A stretch of DNA of 64,000 nt from Anaeromyxobacteraceae bacterium. GTDB lineage: Bacteria > Myxococcota > Myxococcia > Myxococcales > Anaeromyxobacteraceae. Both the position numbers and the translations under genes were made by a program. The stretch lies in the NCBI GenBank assembly GCA_047602405.1, contig JASGHJ010000002.1:2944001-3008000 (forward strand), given 5' to 3'. Each line of letters begins with the position of its first letter. Positions within the stretch are counted from its first letter, which is position 1. Below, in pieces: positions 44,530 through 54,156 of the stretch. A model generated the notes under the pieces. The model saw nothing but the letters and a program-made list of their open reading frames with translations. It was not told the DNA's origin and searched no databases.

Positions 44530-47042
44530 TCGGCGCCGGCCGGGTCGCGGCGCTCGCCAGCCTCGCGGGGCTGCTCGGCCTGGCGTCGTGGCCGGGGCCC
44601 GCCGCCGCGCAGGTCGCGGCGGTGCTCGAGCGCGAGGCGGGCGGGCTCGGCGGGGTGCCGGTGACGGTGCCGGGCGTCGCGGCGGCCGAGGAGGCCACCG
44701 CGATGGCGGTGAACCCGGCCGGCCTCTCGCTCCTCGGCGGGCAGCAGATCGCCTGGCAGCACGAGAGCGGGCTCACGCCCGGCTCCCGCGGCGACGCGCT
44801 CTTCGTCGGGCAGCCCTTCGGCGCGGTGGGCCTCGGGCTCGGGCTCGAGTGGATCCGGCCGGGACACCCCGGCGGCGGCGACCGCTGGCGGAAGACCACC
44901 TTCGGGCTCGCGCTCGGCGGGCCGGTCCTCGGCCTCGGCGTGAACTGGAACTGGTACGCCTCGCCCGACCGCGCCATCGACCACGCGGAGAGCTGGGACG
45001 CGGGCCTCGTGCTCCGCCCCTGGCGCCACGTCTCGCTCGGCCTGTCGGCGATGAACCGGGACCTGAGGGTCGGCGGCGCGCGCCTGCCGATCCGGTACGA
45101 CGCCGGGCTCGGCGTCCGCGTCTGGCGGGACAGCCTCACCCTCACCGCGGACCTCGTGGGCGACGACGACCGGAAGGACGGCCTGCGCGCGACGCACGCC
45201 GCGGTGGGCGTCGGCCTCGAGCACCCGTCCGGCGTCGGCCTGTCGGGCCAGCTGCAGGTGCCCATCCGCGACGGGGTCCCGGGCGGCACGCTCGGCGTCT
45301 TCGCGGTGACCTGGAACGGCGGCCACGCCGGGCTGTCGGCGGGCGGCCACCCGGGCTCGGGCTGGCTCGGGGGCGCGCGCCTCTCCACCGAGCGCTACCC
45401 GTCGGCGACGCCGCTCCGGCGGGTGCCCGCGCTCGACGTCGACCGCGAGCTCGAGCCGCGCACCTTCCTCGTCTGGGAGATTGGCGACCGCGACCGCTGG
45501 GGGGCGCTCCTCGAGAAGCTCTCCCGGCTGCGCGACGACCCCGAGGTGGGCGGCCTCATCCTGAAGCTCCCGGGCAGCCTCGATCTCGGCGGCGGGCGCG
45601 CCGAGGAGCTCCGGCAGGCCGTCGCCGGCGTCGCCGCGCGGCACCCGGTCCTCGCGTACCTGGACGGCGGTGACACGCGCGGCTACTGGGTCGCCTCCGC
45701 GGCGACGGCGGTCGCCGCGGTGCCCGGCTCGACGCTGTTCGTGACCGGCCTCGGCCGCTCGCGGCTCTACTTCAAGGACGCCCTCGCGCGCCTCGGCATC
45801 GCGGTCGAGGTCGTGAAGGTGGGCGCCTACAAGAGCGCGACCGAGCCGCTCGTCCGGATGGAGTCGTCGCCCGAGGCCCGCGAGGCCGAGGACGCGCTCC
45901 TCGACGACGTGTACGGCCGGCTCGTCGGCGACCTCGCCGCCGGCCGCAAGCTCGCCCCCGAGAGGGTGCGCGCGCTGCTCGCGCAGGGCGTCTTCACGGC
46001 CGAGGACGCGAAGGAGGCCGGGCTCGTCGACGCCGTGCTCTGGCCCGACGAGCTCGAGGCGTGGGCGCGCGCGCGCACGGGCGCCCGCGCCTCGCTCGGC
46101 GCGTACGTGCCGCCGCTCGATCGCGTCGCGCGCCGGTGGGGGCCGCGGCCGGTGGTGGAGGTCGTCCGCGTCGAGGGCACCATCGCGAAGGGGCGCACGC
46201 GCAAGGTGTCCGGCGCCGGCCTCGCGGGCTCCGAGAGCGTCTGCGCCGACCTCCGGCGCGCCGCCGAGGATCCCGCCGTGCGCGCCATCGTGCTCCGCAT
46301 CGAGTCGCCCGGCGGCGACGGGGCCGCCGGCGATTCCATCTGGCGCGAGGTCTCGCGCGCCGCGAAGAAGAAGCCGGTCATCGCCTCGATGGGCGACGTC
46401 GCGGCGAGCGCGGGCTACCTCGTCGCGGCGCCGGCCACCGCCATCGTGGCGGAGCCCTCCACCATCACCGGCTCCATCGGCGTCTTCGCGGTGAAGCCCG
46501 ACCTCTCGGGCCTGCTCGAGAAGCTCACGGTCCGGCGCGAGACGGCGCTCCGGGGCGAGAACGCCGACATCACCTCCGTGCTGAAGCCCTTCAGCCCCTC
46601 CGAGCGCGCCGCGGCCCAGAAGGCCATCGACGCCTTCTACGCCTCCTTCGTGCAGAAGGTCGCCGAGGGCCGCGGCCTGCCGCGGGCGGACGTGGAGGCC
46701 ATCGCGGGCGGGCGGGTGTGGTCGGGGAAGGCGGCCCGCGAGCGGCGCCTCGTCGACCGGCTGGGCTCGCTCGAGGACGCGGTCGCGCTCGCCCGGGAGA
46801 AGGCCGGCCTCGGCCCGGACTCCGGGGTCCTCGTGCGCCGGGGCGGCGACGTGGGCGTGGGCCTCGCCGCGGGCCCGCTCGCCGCGATGGCACGCACGGT
46901 GCCCGCGGTGGACGCGCTCACGCGGGCGGCGGCCCTCGTCCCGGAGCTCTCGGCCCTGGCCGTGCTCTCCGAGCTGGGGCCGGTGCTGGCCATGCCGGAG
47001 GAGTGGGTCGTTCCCGGCCTGGCAGGTCCCGCCGCCCCGTGA
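44526..47042 (+). CDS. sppA: Signal peptide peptidase SppA with long N-terminal extension
   Basis: Tandem S49 domains (GAYKSA, SPGG, AASAGY, TGSIGV, GRVWSG); ATGA overlap with thyX. Confidence 0.88.
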   Translation: MIGAGRVAALASLAGLLGLASWPGPAAAQVAAVLEREAGGLGGVPVTVPGVAAAEEATAMAVNPAGLSLLGGQQIAWQHESGLTPGSRGDALFVGQPFGAVGLGLGLEWIRPGHPGGGDRWRKTTFGLALGGPVLGLGVNWNWYASPDRAIDHAESWDAGLVLRPWRHVSLGLSAMNRDLRVGGARLPIRYDAGLGVRVWRDSLTLTADLVGDDDRKDGLRATHAAVGVGLEHPSGVGLSGQLQVPIRDGVPGGTLGVFAVTWNGGHAGLSAGGHPGSGWLGGARLSTERYPSATPLRRVPALDVDRELEPRTFLVWEIGDRDRWGALLEKLSRLRDDPEVGGLILKLPGSLDLGGGRAEELRQAVAGVAARHPVLAYLDGGDTRGYWVASAATAVAAVPGSTLFVTGLGRSRLYFKDALARLGIAVEVVKVGAYKSATEPLVRMESSPEAREAEDALLDDVYGRLVGDLAAGRKLAPERVRALLAQGVFTAEDAKEAGLVDAVLWPDELEAWARARTGARASLGAYVPPLDRVARRWGPRPVVEVVRVEGTIAKGRTRKVSGAGLAGSESVCADLRRAAEDPAVRAIVLRIESPGGDGAAGDSIWREVSRAAKKKPVIASMGDVAASAGYLVAAPATAIVAEPSTITGSIGVFAVKPDLSGLLEKLTVRRETALRGENADITSVLKPFSPSERAAAQKAIDAFYASFVQKVAEGRGLPRADVEAIAGGRVWSGKAARERRLVDRLGSLEDAVALAREKAGLGPDSGVLVRRGGDVGVGLAAGPLAAMARTVPAVDALTRAAALVPELSALAVLSELGPVLAMPEEWVVPGLAGPAAP

Positions 47043-47454
47043 AGCGGCGTGGGCGGGGTTCCGGGGGTTTCGGGGCCCCCCGCCCGGCCACCCCATTGAC
47101 GGAGCAACTTCCGCCCGAACGGCTTTTTTGCTATGGATCGGGTTGTCGGGACACCGCGAGGGCTTTAGGTTTGACCGCGGACCCGCACCGGGGCGTGTTC
47201 GGCACGCCCGGAGTATCCAGCCCCTGGCTACGAAACGCCTGGACGCCGCCCTGTGTCTCCTTGAAGGCAGAGGCGAGTGCCAGTGACGATGCCGGGGCCG
47301 CGTGACGCGGGCCACCGCCGCTGCATCTCAGCCAAGCTGAATCTCAGCGAAGCAGCAGCAGCACAGCACGAGCCGCGACACGCGCACCCAGACGCGACGA
47401 AGGGCGCGCCAGGAGGACCCGAGAGGTCCCCGGGCCGGAACAGGCAGACACAGC

Positions 47455-48879
47455 ATGAACGAGCACGAAGAGACCCCCTCCGCGGTCGCGGGTGGGGCCC
47501 CGCAGCAGAGCATCCCGGCGCAGGCCGGGCCGGCCGGCGGCGACGACGGGCAGCAGCCCGGCACCGCGAACGGCGCCCCGGGCGCCGGGGGCGGGCGCCG
47601 CAGGCGCCGCCGTCGCGGGCGCCGCGGACGCGGGAACCAGCCCGGCCAGCCGGGCCAGGGCGGGAGCCCGCAGCTCGTGGGCCCGGGCGGCCAGCCCGGC
47701 CCCGCGGCCCAGGTGAACGGCGCCCAGGGGGCCGTCGCGGGCTCGCAGCAGCAGGCGCAGCCGGCCCCGCAGGGCTCGCCCGAGGTGCTCGAGGAGGTCG
47801 AGGGCATCCTCCAGTTCGAGGGCAAGGGCAACGGGTACCTCCGCGACCCGAAGAAGAGCTACCTGCCGCAGCCCTTCGACGTCGAGGTCCCGCGCTGGCT
47901 CGTGGACCGCATGCACCTGCAGCCCGGCCTCCACGTGAAGGGCCAGGCGGCGAATCGGAACATGAAGCGGGTGCTCGCGAAGATCGACGCGCTCGAGGGC
48001 GCCGACCCCATCGCCGTCGCCCGCCGCACCCACTTCCAGAACCTCACCGCGACCGACCCCACCGAGCGCCTCGTCATGGAGACGAAGGGCGACGAGATGA
48101 TCGGCCGGGTGCTCGACCTCATCGCGCCCATCGGCCTCGGCGCCCGCGGCCTCATCACCTCGCCGCCGAAGGCCGGCAAGACCATCATGCTGCAGCGGAT
48201 CGCCCAGGCGATCACGACGAACCGGCCGGACGTGCACCTCACGGTGCTCCTCGTGGACGAGCGCCCCGAGGAGGTCACCGACATGAAGCGGAACATCCAG
48301 GGCGAGGTCATCGGCTCGTCCAACGACCGCCCGACCGAGGAGCACCTGCACGTCGCCGAGATGGCCCTCGAGCGCGCGAAGCGCCTCGTCGAGGGCGGCA
48401 AGGACGTCGTCATCCTGCTCGACTCGATCACCCGCCTCTCGCGCGCCTACAACAAGGAGGTCGAGTCCTCCGGCCGCACGCTGACCGGCGGCGTCGACTC
48501 CCGCGCGCTCGAGCGCCCGAAGCGGCTGTTCGGCTCGGCCCGCAAGGCCGAGGAGGGCGGCTCGCTCACCATCATCGCGACCGCGCTCATCGACACCGGG
48601 TCGCGCATGGACGAGGTGATCTTCGAGGAGTTCAAGGGCACCGGCAACATGGAGGTGGTGCTGTCCCGGCAGCTCGCCGAGCGGCGCATCTTCCCCGCCA
48701 TCGACATCGGCGCGTCCGGCACCCGCAAGGAGGAGAAGCTCTTCTCGACGAAGGAGATCGAGAAGGTGCGGCGCCTCCGCGGCGCGCTCGCCTCGCTGAA
48801 GCCGGTCGAGGCCATGGAGCGGCTCCAGAAGAAGCTCGCCGAGTTCGACACGAACGACGAGTTCCTCCAGAGTTTCTGA
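47455..48879 (+). CDS. rho: Transcription termination factor Rho with low-complexity N-terminus
   Basis: PPKAGKT, DERPEEVTD, LDSITR, FKGTGNME, FPAID. Confidence 0.95.
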   Translation: MNEHEETPSAVAGGAPQQSIPAQAGPAGGDDGQQPGTANGAPGAGGGRRRRRRRGRRGRGNQPGQPGQGGSPQLVGPGGQPGPAAQVNGAQGAVAGSQQQAQPAPQGSPEVLEEVEGILQFEGKGNGYLRDPKKSYLPQPFDVEVPRWLVDRMHLQPGLHVKGQAANRNMKRVLAKIDALEGADPIAVARRTHFQNLTATDPTERLVMETKGDEMIGRVLDLIAPIGLGARGLITSPPKAGKTIMLQRIAQAITTNRPDVHLTVLLVDERPEEVTDMKRNIQGEVIGSSNDRPTEEHLHVAEMALERAKRLVEGGKDVVILLDSITRLSRAYNKEVESSGRTLTGGVDSRALERPKRLFGSARKAEEGGSLTIIATALIDTGSRMDEVIFEEFKGTGNMEVVLSRQLAERRIFPAIDIGASGTRKEEKLFSTKEIEKVRRLRGALASLKPVEAMERLQKKLAEFDTNDEFLQSF

Positions 48880-48941
48880 GTCTCAGGGGGGCCCTCCCTC
48901 GACTCCGGCCCGCTTCGCGGGCCTACGCTCGGGATGAGCGG
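48875..48941 (+). repeat. REP-like palindromic element, copy 1
   Basis: TCCCTCGACTCC-GGCCCGCTTCGCGGGCC-TACGCTCGGGATGAGCGG. Confidence 0.8.
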
Positions 48942-49117
48942 CCCCCCTCCCCTGGATCGGCTCCGCCTGGCCGCGGCCGTCTTCGCGGCCGCGGCGGAGG
49001 CTTCGCTGAGAAGCGGTCCGGTCGCACACCCTCCCACCACCCGATGGCGGACCCCGTGTTCGTGGGGGGTCACCTCGGGTGTGTCCGCTCGCGGCACCGC
49101 GCTAGGATGCCGGGCGG

Positions 49118-50329
49118 ATGACCGCCCCCTCGCCTGCCGGCTCCCCGGCCCCGCTGCCCCGCGTGGTCGTCGTCGATGACGACGAGCTCATCGTCCGGGC
49201 CCTCAGCCGGATCATGGAGCTCGCGGGCTTCGAGCCGCGGGGCTACCTGTCGCCCCAGGGCGCGCTCGAGCACCTCGAGGCCGACGCACCGGTCGTCATC
49301 ATCGCCGACTACATGATGCCGGGGATGGACGGCATCGAGTTCCTGAAGCTCGCGCGCCAGAAGGTGCCCGGCACGACCCGGATCCTCTGCACCGCCGCCG
49401 AGGACTTCCGCGTCGCGCTCGAGGCGGTGAACTCCGGCGAGGTCTACCGCATCGTCGCGAAGCCCTGGCACCAGGGCGAGGTCGTCCAGATCGTCCAGCA
49501 GGCCGCCGAGTCGGCCCGGCTGCGCGCCGAGAACGAGCGCCTCAACCGCGAGCTCCGCCAGTCGAACGGCGAGCTCGAGTCGGCGAACGGGAAGCTCCAG
49601 TCCGCGAACGAGCAGCTCCGCGGCGTGAACGTCCGGCTCGAGGAGATGGTGAAGGCGCGCACCGGCGCCCTGCTCGAGGGGCTGATCTCCGCGCTCGACT
49701 ACCGCGACGCCGAGACCCAGTGGCACTCGCGCCGCGTCTCGCTCTACGCCCGCCGCCTCGCGCAGGCCGTCGGCGTGCGCGGGCCCGAGCTCGACATCAT
49801 CGAGCACGGCTCGCTCCTGCACGACATCGGCAAGATCGGCGTGCGCGACCACGTGCTCCTGAAGCCCGGCCCGCTCACGCCCGAGGAGTGGGACGAGATG
49901 AAGCGCCACCCCGAGCTCGGGTGGGCGCTCTGCCAGCGGGTGGACTACCTGAAGCCGTCGTCGATCATCGTCCTGCAGCACCAGGAGAAGTGGGACGGCA
50001 CCGGGTACCCCTCGGGCCTGAAGGGCGATCACATCACGCTCGGCGCGCGGATCTTCCACATCGTGGACACCCTCGACGCCATCACGAGCGACCGCCCCTA
50101 CCGCAAGGCGAAGCCGCTCTCGGTCGCGCGCGCGGAGATCCTGCGCTGCGGCGGGACGCAGTTCGACCCGAAGCTCGTCGAGGCGTTCCTCGCCGTGCCC
50201 GACGACGAGTGGGAGCGGATCCGCCTCGACGTCGAGCAGGCGGCGATGCTGTCCGCCGAGCTCGCCGAGAACTCGCCGAAGGCCACCGACGGCCTCATCC
50301 GCGTGCTGCGCGGGACGCTGCCGGTCTGA
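49118..50329 (+). CDS. Response regulator with HD-GYP phosphodiesterase domain (RpfG-like)
   Basis: VDDD, DYMMP receiver; coiled coil; HDIGKIG, HQEKWDGTGYP, DRPYR. Confidence 0.92.
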   Translation: MTAPSPAGSPAPLPRVVVVDDDELIVRALSRIMELAGFEPRGYLSPQGALEHLEADAPVVIIADYMMPGMDGIEFLKLARQKVPGTTRILCTAAEDFRVALEAVNSGEVYRIVAKPWHQGEVVQIVQQAAESARLRAENERLNRELRQSNGELESANGKLQSANEQLRGVNVRLEEMVKARTGALLEGLISALDYRDAETQWHSRRVSLYARRLAQAVGVRGPELDIIEHGSLLHDIGKIGVRDHVLLKPGPLTPEEWDEMKRHPELGWALCQRVDYLKPSSIIVLQHQEKWDGTGYPSGLKGDHITLGARIFHIVDTLDAITSDRPYRKAKPLSVARAEILRCGGTQFDPKLVEAFLAVPDDEWERIRLDVEQAAMLSAELAENSPKATDGLIRVLRGTLPV

Positions 50330-50393
50330 GTTTCACGGGGGGCTCGTCCCTCGACTCCGGGCCGCTGCGCGGCCCTACGCTCGGGATGAACGG
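50325..50393 (+). repeat. REP-like palindromic element, copy 2
   Basis: TCCCTCGACTCC-GGGCCGCTGCGCGGCCC-TACGCTCGGGATGAACGG. Confidence 0.8.
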
Positions 50394-50689
50394 GACCCCA
50401 CCCCGGCAGCAGACCGATCGGCGGCGCAGCCGGCGATCGCGCCGGGCGCCGCATCGCGCCCCATGCGCTCCACCGGTGGCGTAACTTCCGGGGCCTGCGG
50501 CGGGTGGGCTCGGTTCGACTCACCCGCCTACGTGCGGGCCGTCGACCCGACGGGTGAACCCAGAATCCGTGAGGTCATTCTCCGGTGATGTCCCTGCAGG
50601 GACGTCCAGGCCCGCCGGCGCGAGCGCTCTCCGATTTCACGAACCGTGATTGTCGGCCAGCTGCCGCGCAGACGTCTGCGCCGCGCCCC

Positions 50690-52132
50690 CTACTCCAGCT
50701 CCACCGCGAGCAGCTCCGCGGTCTCGCCCTCGCGCACCTGCACGGTCGCGCTCGCGCGCCGGCCGTCCGCGGTGCGGAGCTCGATCCGGTGCGGCCCGAT
50801 CGGCACGAACAGCGCCCGCGCCTCGCCGGCGACGAGCGCCGGGGCGCGGTGGACGCCGTCGAGGTAGAGCTCCGCCGCCGAGGTCGCCTGCACGACGAGC
50901 CGGCCCCGCGCCGGGCCCTGCTCCCCGATCGCCGAGGCGGTGCCGGTCCGGGCGAGGACGAACGCCGTGCCGCCCGCGAGGACGAGGAAGATCACCGCCG
51001 CGAACGCGGCCGCCCGCCGGCGCGCGCGGCGGACGCGCGGGGGCGCGGGACGGGCCACCTCCCCGGCCGCGGCCGGCGCGGGGGCCGGCGCCGCCCCGGG
51101 CTCGAACCCGGGCGGCACCACGACCTGCCTCGTGGGCTCGTGCGGCAGGACCTCGTCCACGACGCCCTTCGGCAGGGCCTGCGCGCGCTCGAGGCGGTCG
51201 AGCTCGGCGCGGAGCTCGGCGGGGAAGCACCGGGCCATGAGGCGCGCCATCGCGGGCGGCTCGCCCGGCGGCGAGCCGGCGTGGGTCCAGGGCACGAGCG
51301 CGTCGCGGAGCTCGCTCGCCCACGCCCAGCGCCCCTCGGGCTCCCGGGCGAGCGCCTTCATGACCACCGCCGAGAGCGCCGCGGGCACCGCCGGGTTCCG
51401 GGCGCTCGGCGAGGGCACGTCGGCGGCGCGCACCTTCTCCATCACGGCGAGCTCGGACGGCCCGGCGAAGAGCCGCTCGCCGGTGAGGAGCTCGTGCAGC
51501 ACCACCCCGAGCGCGAAGACGTCCGAGCGCCGGTCCACCGGGAGCCCGCGCACCATCTCCGGGCTCATGTACGCGAACTTGCCGCGCAGCACCCCGGCCC
51601 GCCGCCGGGTCCGGATCGAGGCCTCCGCGATGCCGAAGTCGATGACCCGCACGCCGCCGTCGAAGCCCACGAGCACGTTCGCGGGCGAGACGTCGCGGTG
51701 CACGATGCGGAGCGGGTTGCCCGCTCCGTCGCGCTTGCGGTGCGCGTGGTCGAGGGCGTCGGCGACGCGCCAGCCGAGGTAGGCGACGAGCGGGACGGGC
51801 AGCCGCTCGCCCCGCGCCCTGAGGCGCGCGGACAGCGCGCGCAGGTCCTTCCCGGCCACGTACTCGAGCGCGATGAAGTAGGCCTCGCCGATCTTCCCGA
51901 GCTCGAGGATCGGCGAGATGCCGGGGTGGTCGAGCTGGGCGACGAGGCGGGCCTCGTCGAGGAACATCGTGAGGAGCTCCCCGTCCTCGGCGAGCGTCGG
52001 CAGGATGCGCTTCACCGCGCAGGGCCGGGCGTCGCCCCCGTCGCGGCGGGCCGCCACGAACACCTCGGCCATGCCGCCGATCGCGATGCGATCGAGCAGC
52101 CAGTACCGGCCGAATGGGATGGGCTCACGCAT
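50690..52132 (-). CDS. Ser/Thr protein kinase with TM and PEGA-like domain
   Basis: GGMAEVF, AVKR, HRDVSPANV, DFG, YMSPE, SDVFALG. Confidence 0.92.
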   Translation of the reverse strand: MREPIPFGRYWLLDRIAIGGMAEVFVAARRDGGDARPCAVKRILPTLAEDGELLTMFLDEARLVAQLDHPGISPILELGKIGEAYFIALEYVAGKDLRALSARLRARGERLPVPLVAYLGWRVADALDHAHRKRDGAGNPLRIVHRDVSPANVLVGFDGGVRVIDFGIAEASIRTRRRAGVLRGKFAYMSPEMVRGLPVDRRSDVFALGVVLHELLTGERLFAGPSELAVMEKVRAADVPSPSARNPAVPAALSAVVMKALAREPEGRWAWASELRDALVPWTHAGSPPGEPPAMARLMARCFPAELRAELDRLERAQALPKGVVDEVLPHEPTRQVVVPPGFEPGAAPAPAPAAAGEVARPAPPRVRRARRRAAAFAAVIFLVLAGGTAFVLARTGTASAIGEQGPARGRLVVQATSAAELYLDGVHRAPALVAGEARALFVPIGPHRIELRTADGRRASATVQVREGETAELLAVELE

Positions 52133-52242
52133 CGGACGCGGGGTCCAGGCCGCGGGGGCGGCGGGACCGGGGCACCCTCCCGGCAGCACGTCGAGGTCGG
52201 GGGCCGACACCACCGGGCCCCGCCCTCGGCTATTGTATCGGA

Positions 52243-52584
52243 ATGGCCACGACCTGTTACGGATGTGGCGCGACGCTCCGGATCGACGGTCCGGTCGGTC
52301 GCCGCAGCGTCTGCCCGCAGTGCGACGCCGACCTCCACACCTGCCACAACTGCCGCCACTACGACGAGAGCGCGGCCCACGAGTGCCGCGAACCCCAGGC
52401 CGACCACGTCGTCGACAAGGACGGGGTGAACGCCTGTGACCTCTTCCAGCTCGGCGACGGCGCCTCCCGCCGCCGGAAGAGCTCCAGGACGGCCCGCAGC
52501 CAGCTCGCCGCGCTGTTCGGCGAGGCGGCGCCGGAGGAGGAAGATCCGAAGGATGCGCTCGAGGCGCTGTTCCGGAAGAAGTGA
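52243..52584 (+). CDS. Small Cys-rich (Zn-ribbon-like) hypothetical protein
   Basis: CxxC..CxxC..CxxC..C..C pattern; C-terminal LEALFRK. Confidence 0.75.
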   Translation: MATTCYGCGATLRIDGPVGRRSVCPQCDADLHTCHNCRHYDESAAHECREPQADHVVDKDGVNACDLFQLGDGASRRRKSSRTARSQLAALFGEAAPEEEDPKDALEALFRKK

Positions 52585-52659
52585 GCGCCGGGCACCGCGC
52601 GCCGATCCTGAACGGCTCGACCGTGGGTCCGGTGGGCGGGCGCCCTCCGCCTCGCCCGT

Positions 52660-52992
52660 TCAGCGTCCCGGCGACGGGTGCGTCTCTGCGTGAACCCACC
52701 CGAGGTAGCGCTCGGCGCCCGCGTCGACTGACAGTGCGAGCACCTCGGGGACCTCGTACGGGTGCAGCGCGAGGACACGCTCCTGGAGTGCGTCCAGGCG
52801 GTCCCGGGTCGTCTTGAGCACGAGGAGCGCCTCGGGCTCGTCGACCACCTTCCCCTCCCAGCGGTAGATGGAGCGGACGCCGGGCACCACGTTCCCGCAC
52901 GCGGCGAGCCGCTCCTCCACCACCGCCCGGGCGAGCTCCGCCGCCCGCTCCGGGCTCGGCGCCGTCACGAGCACCACGAGCACGTCGGTCAC
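52660..52992 (-). CDS. cutA: Divalent cation tolerance protein CutA
   Basis: RLAACGN, SIYRWEG, HPYEVPE. Confidence 0.93.
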   Translation of the reverse strand: MTDVLVVLVTAPSPERAAELARAVVEERLAACGNVVPGVRSIYRWEGKVVDEPEALLVLKTTRDRLDALQERVLALHPYEVPEVLALSVDAGAERYLGWVHAETHPSPGR

Positions 52993-54134
52993 AGCCCCTC
53001 CGCCCGGGCCACGAGCTCGCGCATGATCTCGCTCGTGCCGCCCGCGATGGTCATCACCCGCACGTCGCGCCACGCCCGCGCCACGTCGCTCTCGAGCACG
53101 TAGCCCATGCCGCCGTGGAGCTGCATGCAGTCGTAGGCGACCTTCTGCGCGAGCTCGCAGGCGAACAGCTTCGCCATCGAGATCTCCTTCACCGCCACCT
53201 CGCCCCGGGCGAAGAGATCGCAGGCCCGGTAGGTGAGCCAGCGCGCGGCCTCCACCTGGGTGCGGTCGTCGGCGAGCCGGTGGCGCCAGGACTGGAAGCT
53301 CCGCACCGGCCGGCCGAACGCGGTGCGCTCCTCGCCGTACCGGAGCGCGCCCTCGAGCATGAGGTCCATCGCGGCGACCGCCTGGATCGCCGCGACGAGC
53401 CGCTCGCCCTGGAAGTTCTGCATGATGTGGGCGAAGCCCTGGTTCTCCTCGCCCAGCAGCCAGCGCGCCGGGACGCGGCAGTCCTCGAAGAAGAGGACCG
53501 CCGTGTCGGAGGACGGCAGCCCCACCTTCTCGAGCTTCCTCGAGACCTGGAAGCCCTTCACGTCGGTCGGGAAGAGGAGCAGCGAGATGCCGCCGTACCC
53601 CGGCTCGCCGGTGCGGACCGCCATGGTCAGGAAGTCCGCGCGCGCGCCGTTCGTGATCCACATCTTCGAGCCGGAGACGACGAGGTCGTCCCCGTCGCGC
53701 ACGGCCGAGGTGCGGATCGCCGCGACGTCGCTGCCGGCGTCGGGCTCGGAGATGGCGAGCGCCGCCACCCGCTCGCCGCGGACGGCGGGGGCGAGGAACT
53801 CGCGCTTCTGCTCCTCGGTGCCGAGGTCGTCGATGACCGGGATGGCCATCTCGCCGTGCACGAGCATGCCGGTCGCGAGGCCGGCGTTCCGGCAGCGGGC
53901 GAGCTCCTCGGCGTAGGCGACGACGTACCACCAGTCGAGGCCGGAGCCGCCGTGCGCCGGGCTGCGGCGGATGCCGAAGAAGCCCAGGTCCCCGAAGGTG
54001 CGGAAGAGCGAGCGCGGGAACTCCCCGCGCTCGTCCCACTCCCGCGCGTGCGGCGCGAGCTCCTGCTCGACGAAGGCCCGGACCGTGCGCCGGAACGCCT
54101 GGTGGTCGTCGGTGAAGGGCTCGAAGCCGGCCAT
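52989..54134 (-). CDS. Acyl-CoA dehydrogenase
   Basis: AISEPDAGSD, KMWITNG, QLHGGMGY, IAGGTSE. Confidence 0.93.
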   Translation of the reverse strand: MAGFEPFTDDHQAFRRTVRAFVEQELAPHAREWDERGEFPRSLFRTFGDLGFFGIRRSPAHGGSGLDWWYVVAYAEELARCRNAGLATGMLVHGEMAIPVIDDLGTEEQKREFLAPAVRGERVAALAISEPDAGSDVAAIRTSAVRDGDDLVVSGSKMWITNGARADFLTMAVRTGEPGYGGISLLLFPTDVKGFQVSRKLEKVGLPSSDTAVLFFEDCRVPARWLLGEENQGFAHIMQNFQGERLVAAIQAVAAMDLMLEGALRYGEERTAFGRPVRSFQSWRHRLADDRTQVEAARWLTYRACDLFARGEVAVKEISMAKLFACELAQKVAYDCMQLHGGMGYVLESDVARAWRDVRVMTIAGGTSEIMRELVARAEGL

Positions 54135-54156
54135 GGCCGTGCCCCCGTCGAAGGGC

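Noticed and set aside
47320..47352. Two GCTGAGA motifs (minus strand) suggesting a TPP riboswitch
   Set aside because: Antisense to rho and lacking the downstream ACCTGA/GGGA elements
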